The translations under genes and the position numbers were made by a program. Of a stretch of DNA of 64,000 nt, positions 1-11,044 are shown in pieces. Origin of the DNA: an uncultured Candidatus Saccharibacteria bacterium (GTDB taxonomy: Bacteria; Patescibacteriota; Minisyncoccia; Phycocordibacterales; PALSA-1337); the NCBI GenBank assembly GCA_964492835.1, contig CAZBLC010000001.1:19596-83595 (forward strand), written 5' to 3'. The notes beneath the pieces were generated by a model. It ran no database searches and was not told the origin of the DNA. It saw only the letters and a list, made by a program, of their open reading frames with translations. Positions within the stretch are counted from its first letter, which is position 1. Each line of letters starts with the position of its first letter.

Positions 1-176
1 AGTATATTCCGTATTACTAGATCACTTTCGTTCTTCATAGCCCCCCTAGTTGTTACATTAAGTCTAGTGTATGTTACTGAAAAATATCTCTTTGTTGTTT
101 TTGGTGTTATTTGTCTACTTACTCTGTACCCTATTCTAACTATTAAAGATACAAACTAGTGTGATATAATTTTTGA

Positions 177-626
177 ATGAAATTCTACAAAATCCGCGCT
201 TTTATCCTTATACACATCTCAAGAATCCTTTCGGCCATACTTAATGTAGAACTACCTCCAGTAGTATCTGTAACAGCATTGATTAAGAAGAATCAGGAGT
301 TACTTTTTATTGATTTATCATACCTAAATGGTATTGGCCTTCCAGGTGGTTTGGTTAAAGTAAATGAGGATATAGGTAATGCATTAAAAAGAGAAATAAA
401 GGAGGAAACTGGCTTTGATGTTATTAACTCTAAGTATCTTTTCTCAATACCTTCAAGCTTTAGAGATATACCTACGATATCAATTGTATTTGAAGTAGAA
501 GTAAGTGGTGAATTAAATTCATCAAATGAAGGTAAGCCATTCTGGAGTAGCCCTACAAATGAGGTTATCGAGAAACTTGCTTATGATGGTGCGAAGGTTG
601 TAGTACGAAAATATTTAAATATATAG
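177..626 (+). CDS. Nudix hydrolase
   Basis: Nudix box GX5EX7REUXEEXGU present: GGLVKVNEDIGNALKREIKEETGF. True start may be an internal Met. Confidence 0.6.
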   Translation: MKFYKIRAFILIHISRILSAILNVELPPVVSVTALIKKNQELLFIDLSYLNGIGLPGGLVKVNEDIGNALKREIKEETGFDVINSKYLFSIPSSFRDIPTISIVFEVEVSGELNSSNEGKPFWSSPTNEVIEKLAYDGAKVVVRKYLNI

Positions 627-685
627 TCTTTTGCTTTCCCCTCCCAATTCATATATAATTCCTCTGCTAATTAATAATTAAATAG

Positions 686-1987
<1,302 letters not shown>

Positions 1988-1994
1988 TTACACA

Positions 1995-2022
1995 AAACAG
2001 CTCCTTCGGGAGCTGTTTTGCT
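1995..2022 (+). terminator. Rho-independent terminator after eno
   Basis: Hairpin aaaacagctcc-ttcg-ggagctgtttt followed by T-rich tract, 8 nt past the eno stop. Confidence 0.6.
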
Positions 2023-2060
2023 ATGATAGACAGCGTACATAATTCTGTTAAAATACCCTT

Positions 2061-3575
2061 ATGACAAATACAAATTCAAAACAAGTTACCCTTATCGTCC
2101 TTGATGGATGGGGCTACAGAGAAGATACTACTGCTAATGCCATTAAAGCATCTAAAACTCCTAATTTTGATAGATTATGGTCAACATACCCACATACTCT
2201 ACTAAACGCTTCTGGATTAGCTGTAGGGCTTCCTGAGGGTCAGATGGGTAATAGCGAGATCGGACACCAGACAATTGGTGCTGGTAAGGTTATCGACACT
2301 GAACTAGTTAGAATTGACAAGGCGATTGAAACTGGTGAATTTGCAAAGAACAAAGCACTCATTTCCCTATTCGATCATGTAAAGAAGAATAACTCTACAC
2401 TACATGTTCAGGGTCTTTTGAGTGATGGAGGTGTGCACAGTCATGAAAATCATCTTTTTGCTTTTCTAAGAACTGCTAAGGATGCTGGTATTAAAAATAT
2501 CGCTATTCATATCTTTACAGATGGTAGAGATACTGCCCCACAAAGTGCTTCTAAGTATATTAAAGAACTAGAAGCAGTCCTACTTGAAATCGGTGTTGGA
2601 AAGATTGCATCTATATCTGGAAGATTCTATGCGATGGATAGAGATAATAACTGGGATAGATTGGCTAAGACTGAAAATGCAATCTTTGAATGTAAAGGAA
2701 ATGTATGTAGTATTACTCCTTCTGATTATGTTAGTAACCTATACAAAGAAGGTAAACTAGATGAACACCTGGAACCTATAGTATGTCTAGATTACGAAGG
2801 TAAAGGATGTAGTATCTCTGATAACGATGCTGTCTTTTTCTATAACTTCAGAGCAGATAGAGCACGCATGATTTCAAGTAAGCTTATGGAACGCCAAAAA
2901 GCACAGAATATCTGTTTTGCTACAATGACTGAATATGGAACAGAGTTTAAATGTTTAATTGCATTTCCTCCATCAAAGATTGAGACTACAATTGCTGCAG
3001 AGGTATCTAAGTCTAATCTTTCTCAAGCACATATCGCTGAGACTGAAAAGTTTCCTCATGCTACATATTTCTTAAACGGTGGTGTAGAGAAACCATATCC
3101 TGGAGAGAGACACATAATGCTTGATAGTAGAAAGGATGTACCAACTCATGATCTAGCACCAAAGATGAGAGCTGAGGGTATTGCTGATAAGGCTGTAGAG
3201 GAAATTAATAATGGTACAAACTTTATCTTCATTAACTTTGCAAACCCAGACATGGTTGGACATACAGCAAATGTTCCTGCGATTATAATTGCAATTGAAG
3301 AGACTGATAAGCAACTAGGTAGAGTTATCGAGGCTCTTGAGAAGAAAGGTGGTGTCGCTTTCATAACTGCTGACCATGGTAATGCTGAAGTAAATATTGA
3401 TCCTATAACTGGAAAGAATCATACTTCTCATACGATTAATCCTGTGCCTGCAATAGTTACATCACATGATGTTAAATTAAGAGATGGAGGCGGACTATCT
3501 GATATTGCACCTACAATATTGAAGATGTTTGGTATAGAGAAGCCAGTAGTAATGACTGGACAAAGTCTAGTTTAA
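2061..3575 (+). CDS. gpmI: 2,3-bisphosphoglycerate-independent phosphoglycerate mutase
   Basis: iPGM N-terminus LIVLDGWGYRED, ~504 aa. Follows eno, forming a glycolytic pair. Confidence 0.95.
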   Translation: MTNTNSKQVTLIVLDGWGYREDTTANAIKASKTPNFDRLWSTYPHTLLNASGLAVGLPEGQMGNSEIGHQTIGAGKVIDTELVRIDKAIETGEFAKNKALISLFDHVKKNNSTLHVQGLLSDGGVHSHENHLFAFLRTAKDAGIKNIAIHIFTDGRDTAPQSASKYIKELEAVLLEIGVGKIASISGRFYAMDRDNNWDRLAKTENAIFECKGNVCSITPSDYVSNLYKEGKLDEHLEPIVCLDYEGKGCSISDNDAVFFYNFRADRARMISSKLMERQKAQNICFATMTEYGTEFKCLIAFPPSKIETTIAAEVSKSNLSQAHIAETEKFPHATYFLNGGVEKPYPGERHIMLDSRKDVPTHDLAPKMRAEGIADKAVEEINNGTNFIFINFANPDMVGHTANVPAIIIAIEETDKQLGRVIEALEKKGGVAFITADHGNAEVNIDPITGKNHTSHTINPVPAIVTSHDVKLRDGGGLSDIAPTILKMFGIEKPVVMTGQSLV

Positions 3576-4843
3576 ATTTTTGTAGTTTGGTATCGGATAT
3601 ACAGCATTCTAAAATACTTAACCAAAAGTATTATTAATGTTGTAGTAAACAGACCAAGACCAATACCTGCCATTACATCAGATACCCAGTGCACTCCTAG
3701 ATATATTCTACTAAAGGAGACCGTAAGGAGTAGTAGGGCCACTAGAGAAATTGATATTTCTCTCAATACCATTGAGTTAATTTTAACCAAGAATAGATAT
3801 ACTAGCAGTACAGAGAATGTTGTTATAGCAATTGCATGTCCACTTGGAAAGCTATATCCTGACTCAACAATATATCCGAATTCTGGACGTAATCTCAATA
3901 CCATATTCTTTATGAAGAAAGTAACTAGATATGATCCGCTTAGAGAAAGAAATATTATGATTGAGTCGTAGTATTTCTTTTTATACATAAAGTATGCAAT
4001 ACCAACTAGAGAGTATAGGATGATTGATGATGGACTGAATACATTTGTGATTATATTCATTACAGAAGACAGCATTGGTGTTGAATGAGCGATGAAATAT
4101 GCGTTTGCAAATAGGTCAAATTGTAATAGAAATACCTTATCAGTTAGTGCATCCTGTATTGTTTTGAAGAAAAGGTATAGACCGAATAGGTTAAATATTA
4201 GAGTAATTAATTCATACTTAACAAAGACATGGAAGTGTTTGTTAATAAACCTATATCCCCATATAACTAGAATACCTATAAATATAGCGATAACTATATA
4301 CTTACCAAGTACCGCAGACACAGCATGGTAACCTGCGCCAAATATGTAACCTATACCGATCGAGAATATGGCCCATAGAAATACAGCTATGAAATCATAT
4401 AGCCAAAAACTTTTAATATGTATTCTACTTGCACCTACTATAAACGGAGTAAATGATCTTGTTAGTGGACTGAAGCGACCGAATATAATTGTTTTAGCGG
4501 AATTAGCTTGTATCAAACTCCTAGCCTTGTCTATATACTCTCTTTTGATAAAGAAATATGGACCATACTTATTTACGAAATCAAAACCATACTTATGTCC
4601 AATGTGATATCCCAAAAAGTCTCCAATCATAGAACTTACCAATACAATTCCAAATACTACATACACATTCATCAAATCGATCTTAGATAGAAAACCTGAA
4701 ATAACGACAATGGTATTTCCTGGAACGAACTGTCCCATGATTGGAATACCCTCTAATATACTTGTAATTGATACTAAGATATACCCTCCATGCTCAACAA
4801 TTAACTGTAAATTTTGACCCACGGAGTGTATGAATTGAAACAT
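3572..4843 (-). CDS. DedA-family (SNARE-associated/TVP38) membrane domain fused to a C-terminal PAP2 lipid phosphatase domain
   Basis: N-terminal half carries DedA motifs (ILEGIPIMGQFVPGNTIVVISGF; GRFSPLTRSFTPFIVGASR). C-terminal half carries the three PAP2 motifs (LRLRPEF = KX6RP; SFPSGHA = PSGH; SRIYLGVHWVSDV = SRX5HX3D). Confidence 0.75.
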   Translation of the reverse strand: MFQFIHSVGQNLQLIVEHGGYILVSITSILEGIPIMGQFVPGNTIVVISGFLSKIDLMNVYVVFGIVLVSSMIGDFLGYHIGHKYGFDFVNKYGPYFFIKREYIDKARSLIQANSAKTIIFGRFSPLTRSFTPFIVGASRIHIKSFWLYDFIAVFLWAIFSIGIGYIFGAGYHAVSAVLGKYIVIAIFIGILVIWGYRFINKHFHVFVKYELITLIFNLFGLYLFFKTIQDALTDKVFLLQFDLFANAYFIAHSTPMLSSVMNIITNVFSPSSIILYSLVGIAYFMYKKKYYDSIIIFLSLSGSYLVTFFIKNMVLRLRPEFGYIVESGYSFPSGHAIAITTFSVLLVYLFLVKINSMVLREISISLVALLLLTVSFSRIYLGVHWVSDVMAGIGLGLFTTTLIILLVKYFRMLYIRYQTTKI

Positions 4844-4958
4844 AGAATTATTATGTAAATATTATACCACAAATGCGATAAAATTCTGATAAAATTTTTA
4901 TCACTGATTTCCCCACTAATTGTATGACTTTATCGCTAATCTAGGATATTATCACCTC

Positions 4959-5630
4959 ATGAAAATACTAATCATAGAAGATGATTTGGATATATCTAGC
5001 TATATTAGGAATAACTTTATCGAGGATTCATTTACTGTAGATGTTGCTCGTAATAGCAGTAATGGCTCATATATGGCTCGTACTAACTTCTATGATGTAA
5101 TAGTTATAGATTACGCATTACCTGATAAGGATGGGATATCTTTATGTGTTGAACTTAGAGAGTCTGGAATAGAGACACCTATAATATTTTTAACGAACAA
5201 CAAAGAGATGCGTAAAAGAATCTCTGCCCTTGAGAAAGGAGCTGATGACTATATGACTAAACCCTTCGCACTAGAGGAATTGAGAGCTCGTATACTTGCT
5301 CTAGCTAGGAGACCGAAGCATGTTGAGGATCCAATACTCACAGTCGATGATCTTGTATTGGATACTAACCGAAGAACAGCTCGTAGGGGTAATACTCAGA
5401 TATATTTAACTAGAAAAACGTATAACCTACTTGAATACCTTATGAAAAACAAAGGTACTGTACTATCTAGAGGTGTCATAATGGAGTATGTGTGGAACTC
5501 TGAAGGTGATCCATTCTCAAATACCGTAGAAGCTCATATCCTTTCACTTAGAAAGAAGATTAATGTAGGAGGTAAGAGAAATTTACTTCGTAATATACCT
5601 GGTAGAGGATATATTATTGATACTAACTAG
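4959..5630 (+). CDS. OmpR-family response regulator (receiver + winged-helix); ORF opens at 4920 but MKILIIEDD at 4959 is the likely start
   Basis: Receiver motifs (IIEDD; VIVIDYALPDKDG; KPF) and the C-terminal OmpR/PhoB winged-helix region (LTRKTYNLLEYLMKNKGTVLSR...). No histidine kinase adjacent. Confidence 0.85.
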   Translation: MKILIIEDDLDISSYIRNNFIEDSFTVDVARNSSNGSYMARTNFYDVIVIDYALPDKDGISLCVELRESGIETPIIFLTNNKEMRKRISALEKGADDYMTKPFALEELRARILALARRPKHVEDPILTVDDLVLDTNRRTARRGNTQIYLTRKTYNLLEYLMKNKGTVLSRGVIMEYVWNSEGDPFSNTVEAHILSLRKKINVGGKRNLLRNIPGRGYIIDTN

Positions 5631-7858
5631 TTTAATTTAACTGTACCACTCTGAATATCCTTTATTAACTTATCAACTTGTGTCTTAAGTAGTGGGAATT
5701 TAGTACGAGCAATATTTAGTACTTCTATAGCCTTTGCATTCTGCTTATCAAGAAGATATACATATGCCAATCCTGAATATAGCTCCTGACTATCTGGTGT
5801 ATCCTTTATTAGCTTGTTGTAAATCTCTACAGCTTTAGAATATTTCTTTATACCCACATATGCTCTAATGATATTTGGATCATAGAAGCTCTGATCATTT
5901 GGGAATAGCTTTAGAGCTGTTGCCTCATTACCAGTTGTAATCAATGTTGAAATATAAAATACCTTTGCGTTTATGTTATCCGGAGCTGACTTATATGCAT
6001 TCTCCATTAGGAATATTGCCTCCTTGTCTCTCTTAACATTTAGGTAGTTAGAAGCTAGTTGATACACTATTGTCTGCTTGTTAGGTGATAGTTGATTAGC
6101 TTTTTCAAGTAATGGAGTTCCATTAGCATAATCTGATATTGAATCGTAGAATCCACCTCCAAGGATATATATTCTTGCATCATTTGGTGTTTCCTTTATC
6201 TGATCTTCAATTCCCTTCTTTGCTAGGTTATAGAAATCTATCTTTGTCTTCTCTGGTATTCCATTTTGTCTGATTACTCCTGATGCACAATTAAGTAATT
6301 GTTCTCTAATTTCTTGATTAGATAGACTTAGATCTAGATCTAGTGCTTTAACAAATGAATCTATTGTAACTGTAGGTGGCTTTGTACAAGCTCGTAAACC
6401 ATCAATTAATCTTGTATTTGCTTGTATTGGCTTAATGTTTACAACATATACCATACCAGCAAACAGGATGATGATTATAGGGGTTATTACATAATCTCTT
6501 ATCGTTATATAGTCTTCAGTTGCAATCTGTTCATGCTTTTTGAATAGCTTACAAGGAGTTCCTGGTCTTAGAGTGGATACAAAAGCTAGGAATGTAAAGA
6601 ACATTACATAGCTTGTCTGGTTATCGAATACGAATACATTGTGTATTCCATATCCGACAAGTAATCCGATTAATACTGATTTCTGTGCTACTGTCTGATC
6701 ACTCTTTAAGATATATATTAGAGAAATTACATATAGAGAGAGGTATGCTAGTAGACCTAGTAATCCCCCTGCTACCAACCAATCTAGGAACACACTGTGT
6801 GCTCTATCAAACCATTGTTCATGTGCCCACATCTTAGGATTGTAGTTTGCATTGAAGATATAGTTGAAGTTCTCCTGACCAATTCCGATTATCGCAGTCT
6901 TTACACTTCCAAAAGATTCTTTAACTGCCATTGGCCATATATATCCTCTTGCTTGTGTCTTTGTGTCTGTTATAGATATAGTAGCAATACGTCCTAGTAC
7001 AGAGTTGTTCTGTATCCATTTAGCATCTCTGTTGTAAAAGAATATGATACCCAGAAGGATAATACCTCCGATGATACTTCCTGAAATTATTCTAGACTTA
7101 TTTGTCTGTCCTGTTTCCTTTCTTCCAAGGATCGCATACAGAGCAAGAGTTATTATCACTGCAAGTATCCAACCTAGTATTGTTCCTCTTGTTGCTGTTT
7201 GGAACATTACAAAAGAAAATATAGCTGACAGAATGGTATAGATATAGAAATAGTGATTCTTCTTAGAGTAGTACGCTATTGCCATATACATAGCTATAAA
7301 TGCATTTATTAGCATGTAAATTGCCATATATGCTGAATTACCTAGGGATGCATCTACACGACTTCCTTGATGAGTTTTAGCCCAACCAAAGAACTGGAAT
7401 AGGCCGTATATAGCAGTAATAAAACCAGCTATCAAGATAACATCGAAAAACTTCTTCCAATTCTCTTTTGTAGTAAGTACTGATGAAAGCACCATAATGT
7501 ACATCCATAGATGGACGATTATTATCCAACCCTCCATTCTTTCAAAATTTGACCAGATACTACGTAGAGGATTTAGTCCGAATATGTTTGCTATTAGAGT
7601 TATTACAGTAAATACCGTGACAGCAATAGTTATACCGTTCATCTTAGGTAATATACTTGTATCCTTACCCTTCTCTCTAAAGATTAGTATGACCCACAAT
7701 GCAAACACTATCTCTACCAATATTCTAAATACAAATGCCTTTCCGGAGATGAATGGGAAGAATAGCGGACTGGCTACGTATAAAGGTATAAAAGAAATTG
7801 CTCCAAGACCTATAATAATGGCGTATTTAAAAATACTGTTGTTTGTGGTATTGTTCAT
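5627..7858 (-). CDS. Polytopic membrane protein with a Wzy_C (O-antigen ligase/polymerase-like) core and a C-terminal TPR-repeat domain
   Basis: About 10 predicted TM segments with the FQTATRGTILGW loop typical of O-antigen ligase/Wzy_C. The C-terminal ~250 aa are Tyr/Ala/Leu-rich TPR-like repeats (AYVGIKKYSKAVEIYNKLI...). Confidence 0.6.
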   Translation of the reverse strand: MNNTTNNSIFKYAIIIGLGAISFIPLYVASPLFFPFISGKAFVFRILVEIVFALWVILIFREKGKDTSILPKMNGITIAVTVFTVITLIANIFGLNPLRSIWSNFERMEGWIIIVHLWMYIMVLSSVLTTKENWKKFFDVILIAGFITAIYGLFQFFGWAKTHQGSRVDASLGNSAYMAIYMLINAFIAMYMAIAYYSKKNHYFYIYTILSAIFSFVMFQTATRGTILGWILAVIITLALYAILGRKETGQTNKSRIISGSIIGGIILLGIIFFYNRDAKWIQNNSVLGRIATISITDTKTQARGYIWPMAVKESFGSVKTAIIGIGQENFNYIFNANYNPKMWAHEQWFDRAHSVFLDWLVAGGLLGLLAYLSLYVISLIYILKSDQTVAQKSVLIGLLVGYGIHNVFVFDNQTSYVMFFTFLAFVSTLRPGTPCKLFKKHEQIATEDYITIRDYVITPIIIILFAGMVYVVNIKPIQANTRLIDGLRACTKPPTVTIDSFVKALDLDLSLSNQEIREQLLNCASGVIRQNGIPEKTKIDFYNLAKKGIEDQIKETPNDARIYILGGGFYDSISDYANGTPLLEKANQLSPNKQTIVYQLASNYLNVKRDKEAIFLMENAYKSAPDNINAKVFYISTLITTGNEATALKLFPNDQSFYDPNIIRAYVGIKKYSKAVEIYNKLIKDTPDSQELYSGLAYVYLLDKQNAKAIEVLNIARTKFPLLKTQVDKLIKDIQSGTVKLN

Positions 7859-7867
7859 GATAATAAG

Positions 7868-9151
7868 ATGATATCACACTATAAAAACAAACTCTATTAC
7901 TTACTAAAAGCAAGTGAGAAATATACAAAAACGGACATGATATACCTAATTAGAGGTGGTTTTTGGCTTACTCTAGCTAATGTATTAACATCAGCAATGG
8001 TGTTTATAATGGCTATCGTATTTGCAAATCATATACCAGCTCATGAATATGGGGTATATAAATATTTCCTATCAGTACTTGGAATATTGTCGATCACAAC
8101 ATTGACAGGTATAGGAGGCATGGTCTCACAAGCAGTTGCACGAGGACTCGAAGGATCGTTAATAGAAGGATTAAAGGCAAAAATACGTTGGGGTACTGTT
8201 GGTGGAGTAGTTAGTATTTGTATCGGAATTTATTATTATATGAACGGAAATAATGAATTAGCGACTGTATTTATGTTAGCTTGTCTATTTATTCCTTTTA
8301 TGGACTCTTTTCATATATATCAAAATTATTTACAGGGTAAAAAAATATTCAATGTTTCTTCACGCTACATTACAATTAGTCAATTCTTTGCTACAGCAAT
8401 CATGATAACCATCGTATTGATAACAAGTAATATTTTTATTATCTTACTTACATATCTTATATCATGGACACTTGTTAGGTTATTCTTTTTTGTAAAAACA
8501 ATCAAACTTTACCCACCCAACAAAGAAAGCGATCCCAACACAATAATAATGGGTAAACACTCAAGCTTTATTGATATAATAGCTACCCTAATAGGGTCCC
8601 TTGACTCGATACTGATTTTCCATTATTTAGGTTCAATTGAACTTGCAGTCTATAGTTTTGCCATAGCACCCGTAACACAAATGGTTAGTCTGTTTAGAAA
8701 CATACCGACACTAGCTATGCCTAAAATGGCCAATCGTCATGTAAATGAAATAAAACAATTACTATATAAGAGGATTTTTGTAATATTTATTATATCAATT
8801 ATGGTTGTTATATTATATATGATTTTCGTCCCATATATTTATCAGATATTTTTCCCAAAATATCTGATGTCGATTGAACTATCACGCATATACGCCCTAA
8901 CAATATTAATTTCTATACCATTAACAATGTTGAGTTCAGCAATAAATGCAAAAATAAATATGTTACCAAAAAAAATACTTTATTTATGGAACATTCCAGG
9001 TTTTATATCTACTATTTTTATCTTCGTATCTATTCAAAAAATAGGTGTAGAATCTGTTGTTTATGCTAGGATATTATTACTTCTTGCAACAGCTGCAATA
9101 TCTGCCTATCTTTGGTTTTATATTGTAAAAAAGCAAAATCAACAGCAGTAA
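7868..9151 (+). CDS. Polysaccharide biosynthesis/oligosaccharide flippase-like membrane protein (Wzx/MOP-like)
   Basis: 427 aa, ~12 hydrophobic segments, no soluble domains. Divergent from the Wzy_C gene at the head of the glycan locus. Confidence 0.5.
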   Translation: MISHYKNKLYYLLKASEKYTKTDMIYLIRGGFWLTLANVLTSAMVFIMAIVFANHIPAHEYGVYKYFLSVLGILSITTLTGIGGMVSQAVARGLEGSLIEGLKAKIRWGTVGGVVSICIGIYYYMNGNNELATVFMLACLFIPFMDSFHIYQNYLQGKKIFNVSSRYITISQFFATAIMITIVLITSNIFIILLTYLISWTLVRLFFFVKTIKLYPPNKESDPNTIIMGKHSSFIDIIATLIGSLDSILIFHYLGSIELAVYSFAIAPVTQMVSLFRNIPTLAMPKMANRHVNEIKQLLYKRIFVIFIISIMVVILYMIFVPYIYQIFFPKYLMSIELSRIYALTILISIPLTMLSSAINAKINMLPKKILYLWNIPGFISTIFIFVSIQKIGVESVVYARILLLLATAAISAYLWFYIVKKQNQQQ

Positions 9152-10396
9152 CTATTTGTTATACCAATAGACTGTATCTTTCACATATCTGTCCATATTA
9201 AAAACTTTTTTTACTCTTTCATAACCTGCCTTTCCTAACCTATTTCCATATTCATTATCTGAAAGTATAGAATATATTGCCTCGGCAAACATTTCTATGT
9301 TATTTGGGTTAATAATGAGACCAGTAATCTTATCTAGAATAATTTCTGGAGTACCACCAAAACACGTACCGACAACTGGTTTTGACGCAGCACCTGCCTC
9401 AATATTGAAGAGATTGAATGCGTCAAAATATACAGATGGCGTGATACAGACATCGCATACTGCATATGCTTTTTTCATATCCTCACGAGACAGCCACCCA
9501 GTAAAGACTATGTTATTTATAACACCAATATCTTTTGCATACTTTAATAAATATTTTGAATAGTCATTTGGGGTACCTGCTATTAGTAATGCTATTGATG
9601 TATCTTTTTTAATTAAAAGACTTAGTGCATCAATAGCGATCTTTCCTCCTTTTGCTTCACTCAATCGGCCGCCAAATAAAATTACCTTTGAATTATTTAA
9701 ATTTAATTTATTACTAAATTCTCCATTATCATCATCATTAGCTATGGTACTATCAGTACTTATTCCATAATAAACCGTTTCTACATTTACTATTCTATTT
9801 TGATTTAATGCGTCTTTTAATCTATTCGATATTGCAAATATCTTTTTGGGATATTTATTCAAACAATATCTTATGAATAAATTCCTTAAAGGATTATATC
9901 TTTTCTTTGCTGTCATTAAATTTTTAATAAATCCAACTTTATAAGAAAATTTATTTTGTACCTCAAGATTTCTCTTATCATAGAAATTTATGAGCTTTCC
10001 GTAATTAAACGCCATCGCATCATGTGTTGTTAGGAATAACTTATTTGTAAATCTTCTTGCTAAGATTAGGGTATAGTATGAAAGATAGTGATGAACATTA
10101 TGAGCGTGTATAACTTCAGGTTTTATTTGATTAATAAGTTTCTTTACCTTACCAACTGACCTGTAATTATACAGACTGAAATAACCTGACAATCTTCCGT
10201 CGTAGTCTATATATAGGTTGTAAACTTTCATTCCTTCCACGATCTTCTCACCAGCATCAGATTTATTTTGTACGGTAGTAATTATATGAAGTTCGTGACC
10301 AGCACTAGCCAGCCCACAAGCGAGGTTGTAAGTTATTATACCCGCTCCTCCAAAGCTTTTTGGTGGAAAGTCATCCGATAAAAATAATATTTTCAT
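9152..10396 (-). CDS. Glycosyltransferase family 4 (GT-B)
   Basis: MKILFLSDDFPPKSFGGAGI N-terminus and C-terminal GT4 EX7E-type motif region (FGGTPEIILD). Confidence 0.8.
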   Translation of the reverse strand: MKILFLSDDFPPKSFGGAGIITYNLACGLASAGHELHIITTVQNKSDAGEKIVEGMKVYNLYIDYDGRLSGYFSLYNYRSVGKVKKLINQIKPEVIHAHNVHHYLSYYTLILARRFTNKLFLTTHDAMAFNYGKLINFYDKRNLEVQNKFSYKVGFIKNLMTAKKRYNPLRNLFIRYCLNKYPKKIFAISNRLKDALNQNRIVNVETVYYGISTDSTIANDDDNGEFSNKLNLNNSKVILFGGRLSEAKGGKIAIDALSLLIKKDTSIALLIAGTPNDYSKYLLKYAKDIGVINNIVFTGWLSREDMKKAYAVCDVCITPSVYFDAFNLFNIEAGAASKPVVGTCFGGTPEIILDKITGLIINPNNIEMFAEAIYSILSDNEYGNRLGKAGYERVKKVFNMDRYVKDTVYWYNK

Positions 10397-11040
10397 TATT
10401 TTTCAAAAATAAAACACCAACCTAAGGTATTTTTTCTATTTGCTTCACTTTTATCAAACGTATCGAGCAACATCATAAACTTACCATAAATCAAGATAAA
10501 CTTTCCCAGAACTCTTCCCAGTATTGGTCTCTTATACAATCTTAGTTTATCTATTAAATATCTTATTAAAATCTGTGCTCTTGTGGTAAAAAACCCTCCT
10601 CTCTGCTCATAAACAATAGTTTTAAATCCTATGTTTTCAAACATACTTATTAGACCGAATTTTGTGTATCTAAAGAAATCGTTTGGTTCTTCATGAAGTT
10701 CGTTCATCTGTGGTGCAGTTACCAATATGTGACCGCCGGTCTTTAAAATTCTATAAAACTCTTCTACAGCTTCAAACGGCTTATTTAGATGCTCCATGAC
10801 TTGGGTACAAACTATAGAATCAATGCTATTATCTCGCATGGGTATGCTTTCAGCTCGACCAACGACATCTACTCCAGGAAATTTCTCAACATCCATGGTT
10901 ATATATTTACTACAAGGAAAAATTCCTTTATACCTTCCACCTTCTCCGGCACCAATATCAAGAGTTTCACCAACAATATATTTAGAATATTTTATGACTT
11001 GCTGCCTCAATATTATTCTTTCTGGTTGAAAAATATACAT
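10396..11040 (-). CDS. Class I SAM-dependent methyltransferase
   Basis: Motif I LDIGAGEGG. 214 aa Methyltransf_11-like. Confidence 0.75.
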   Translation of the reverse strand: MYIFQPERIILRQQVIKYSKYIVGETLDIGAGEGGRYKGIFPCSKYITMDVEKFPGVDVVGRAESIPMRDNSIDSIVCTQVMEHLNKPFEAVEEFYRILKTGGHILVTAPQMNELHEEPNDFFRYTKFGLISMFENIGFKTIVYEQRGGFFTTRAQILIRYLIDKLRLYKRPILGRVLGKFILIYGKFMMLLDTFDKSEANRKNTLGWCFIFEK

Positions 11041-11044
11041 AATT

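Noticed and set aside
3146-3364. Short antisense ORFs listed in the six-frame track inside larger genes. Examples: 3146-3364, 4092-4331, 4368-4690, 6613-7241, 7497-7871, 9297-9563, 10789-11151, 12548-13267, 25164-25628, 27838-28362, 30859-31233, 37193-37396, 39535-39972, 41643-42258, 42529-42926, 44563-44949, 57851-58111, 59526-61223, 61482-61796.
   Set aside because: All lie wholly within, and antisense to or out of frame with, long ORFs that have clear family signatures. They are shadow ORFs typical of AT-rich DNA, with low-complexity translations.
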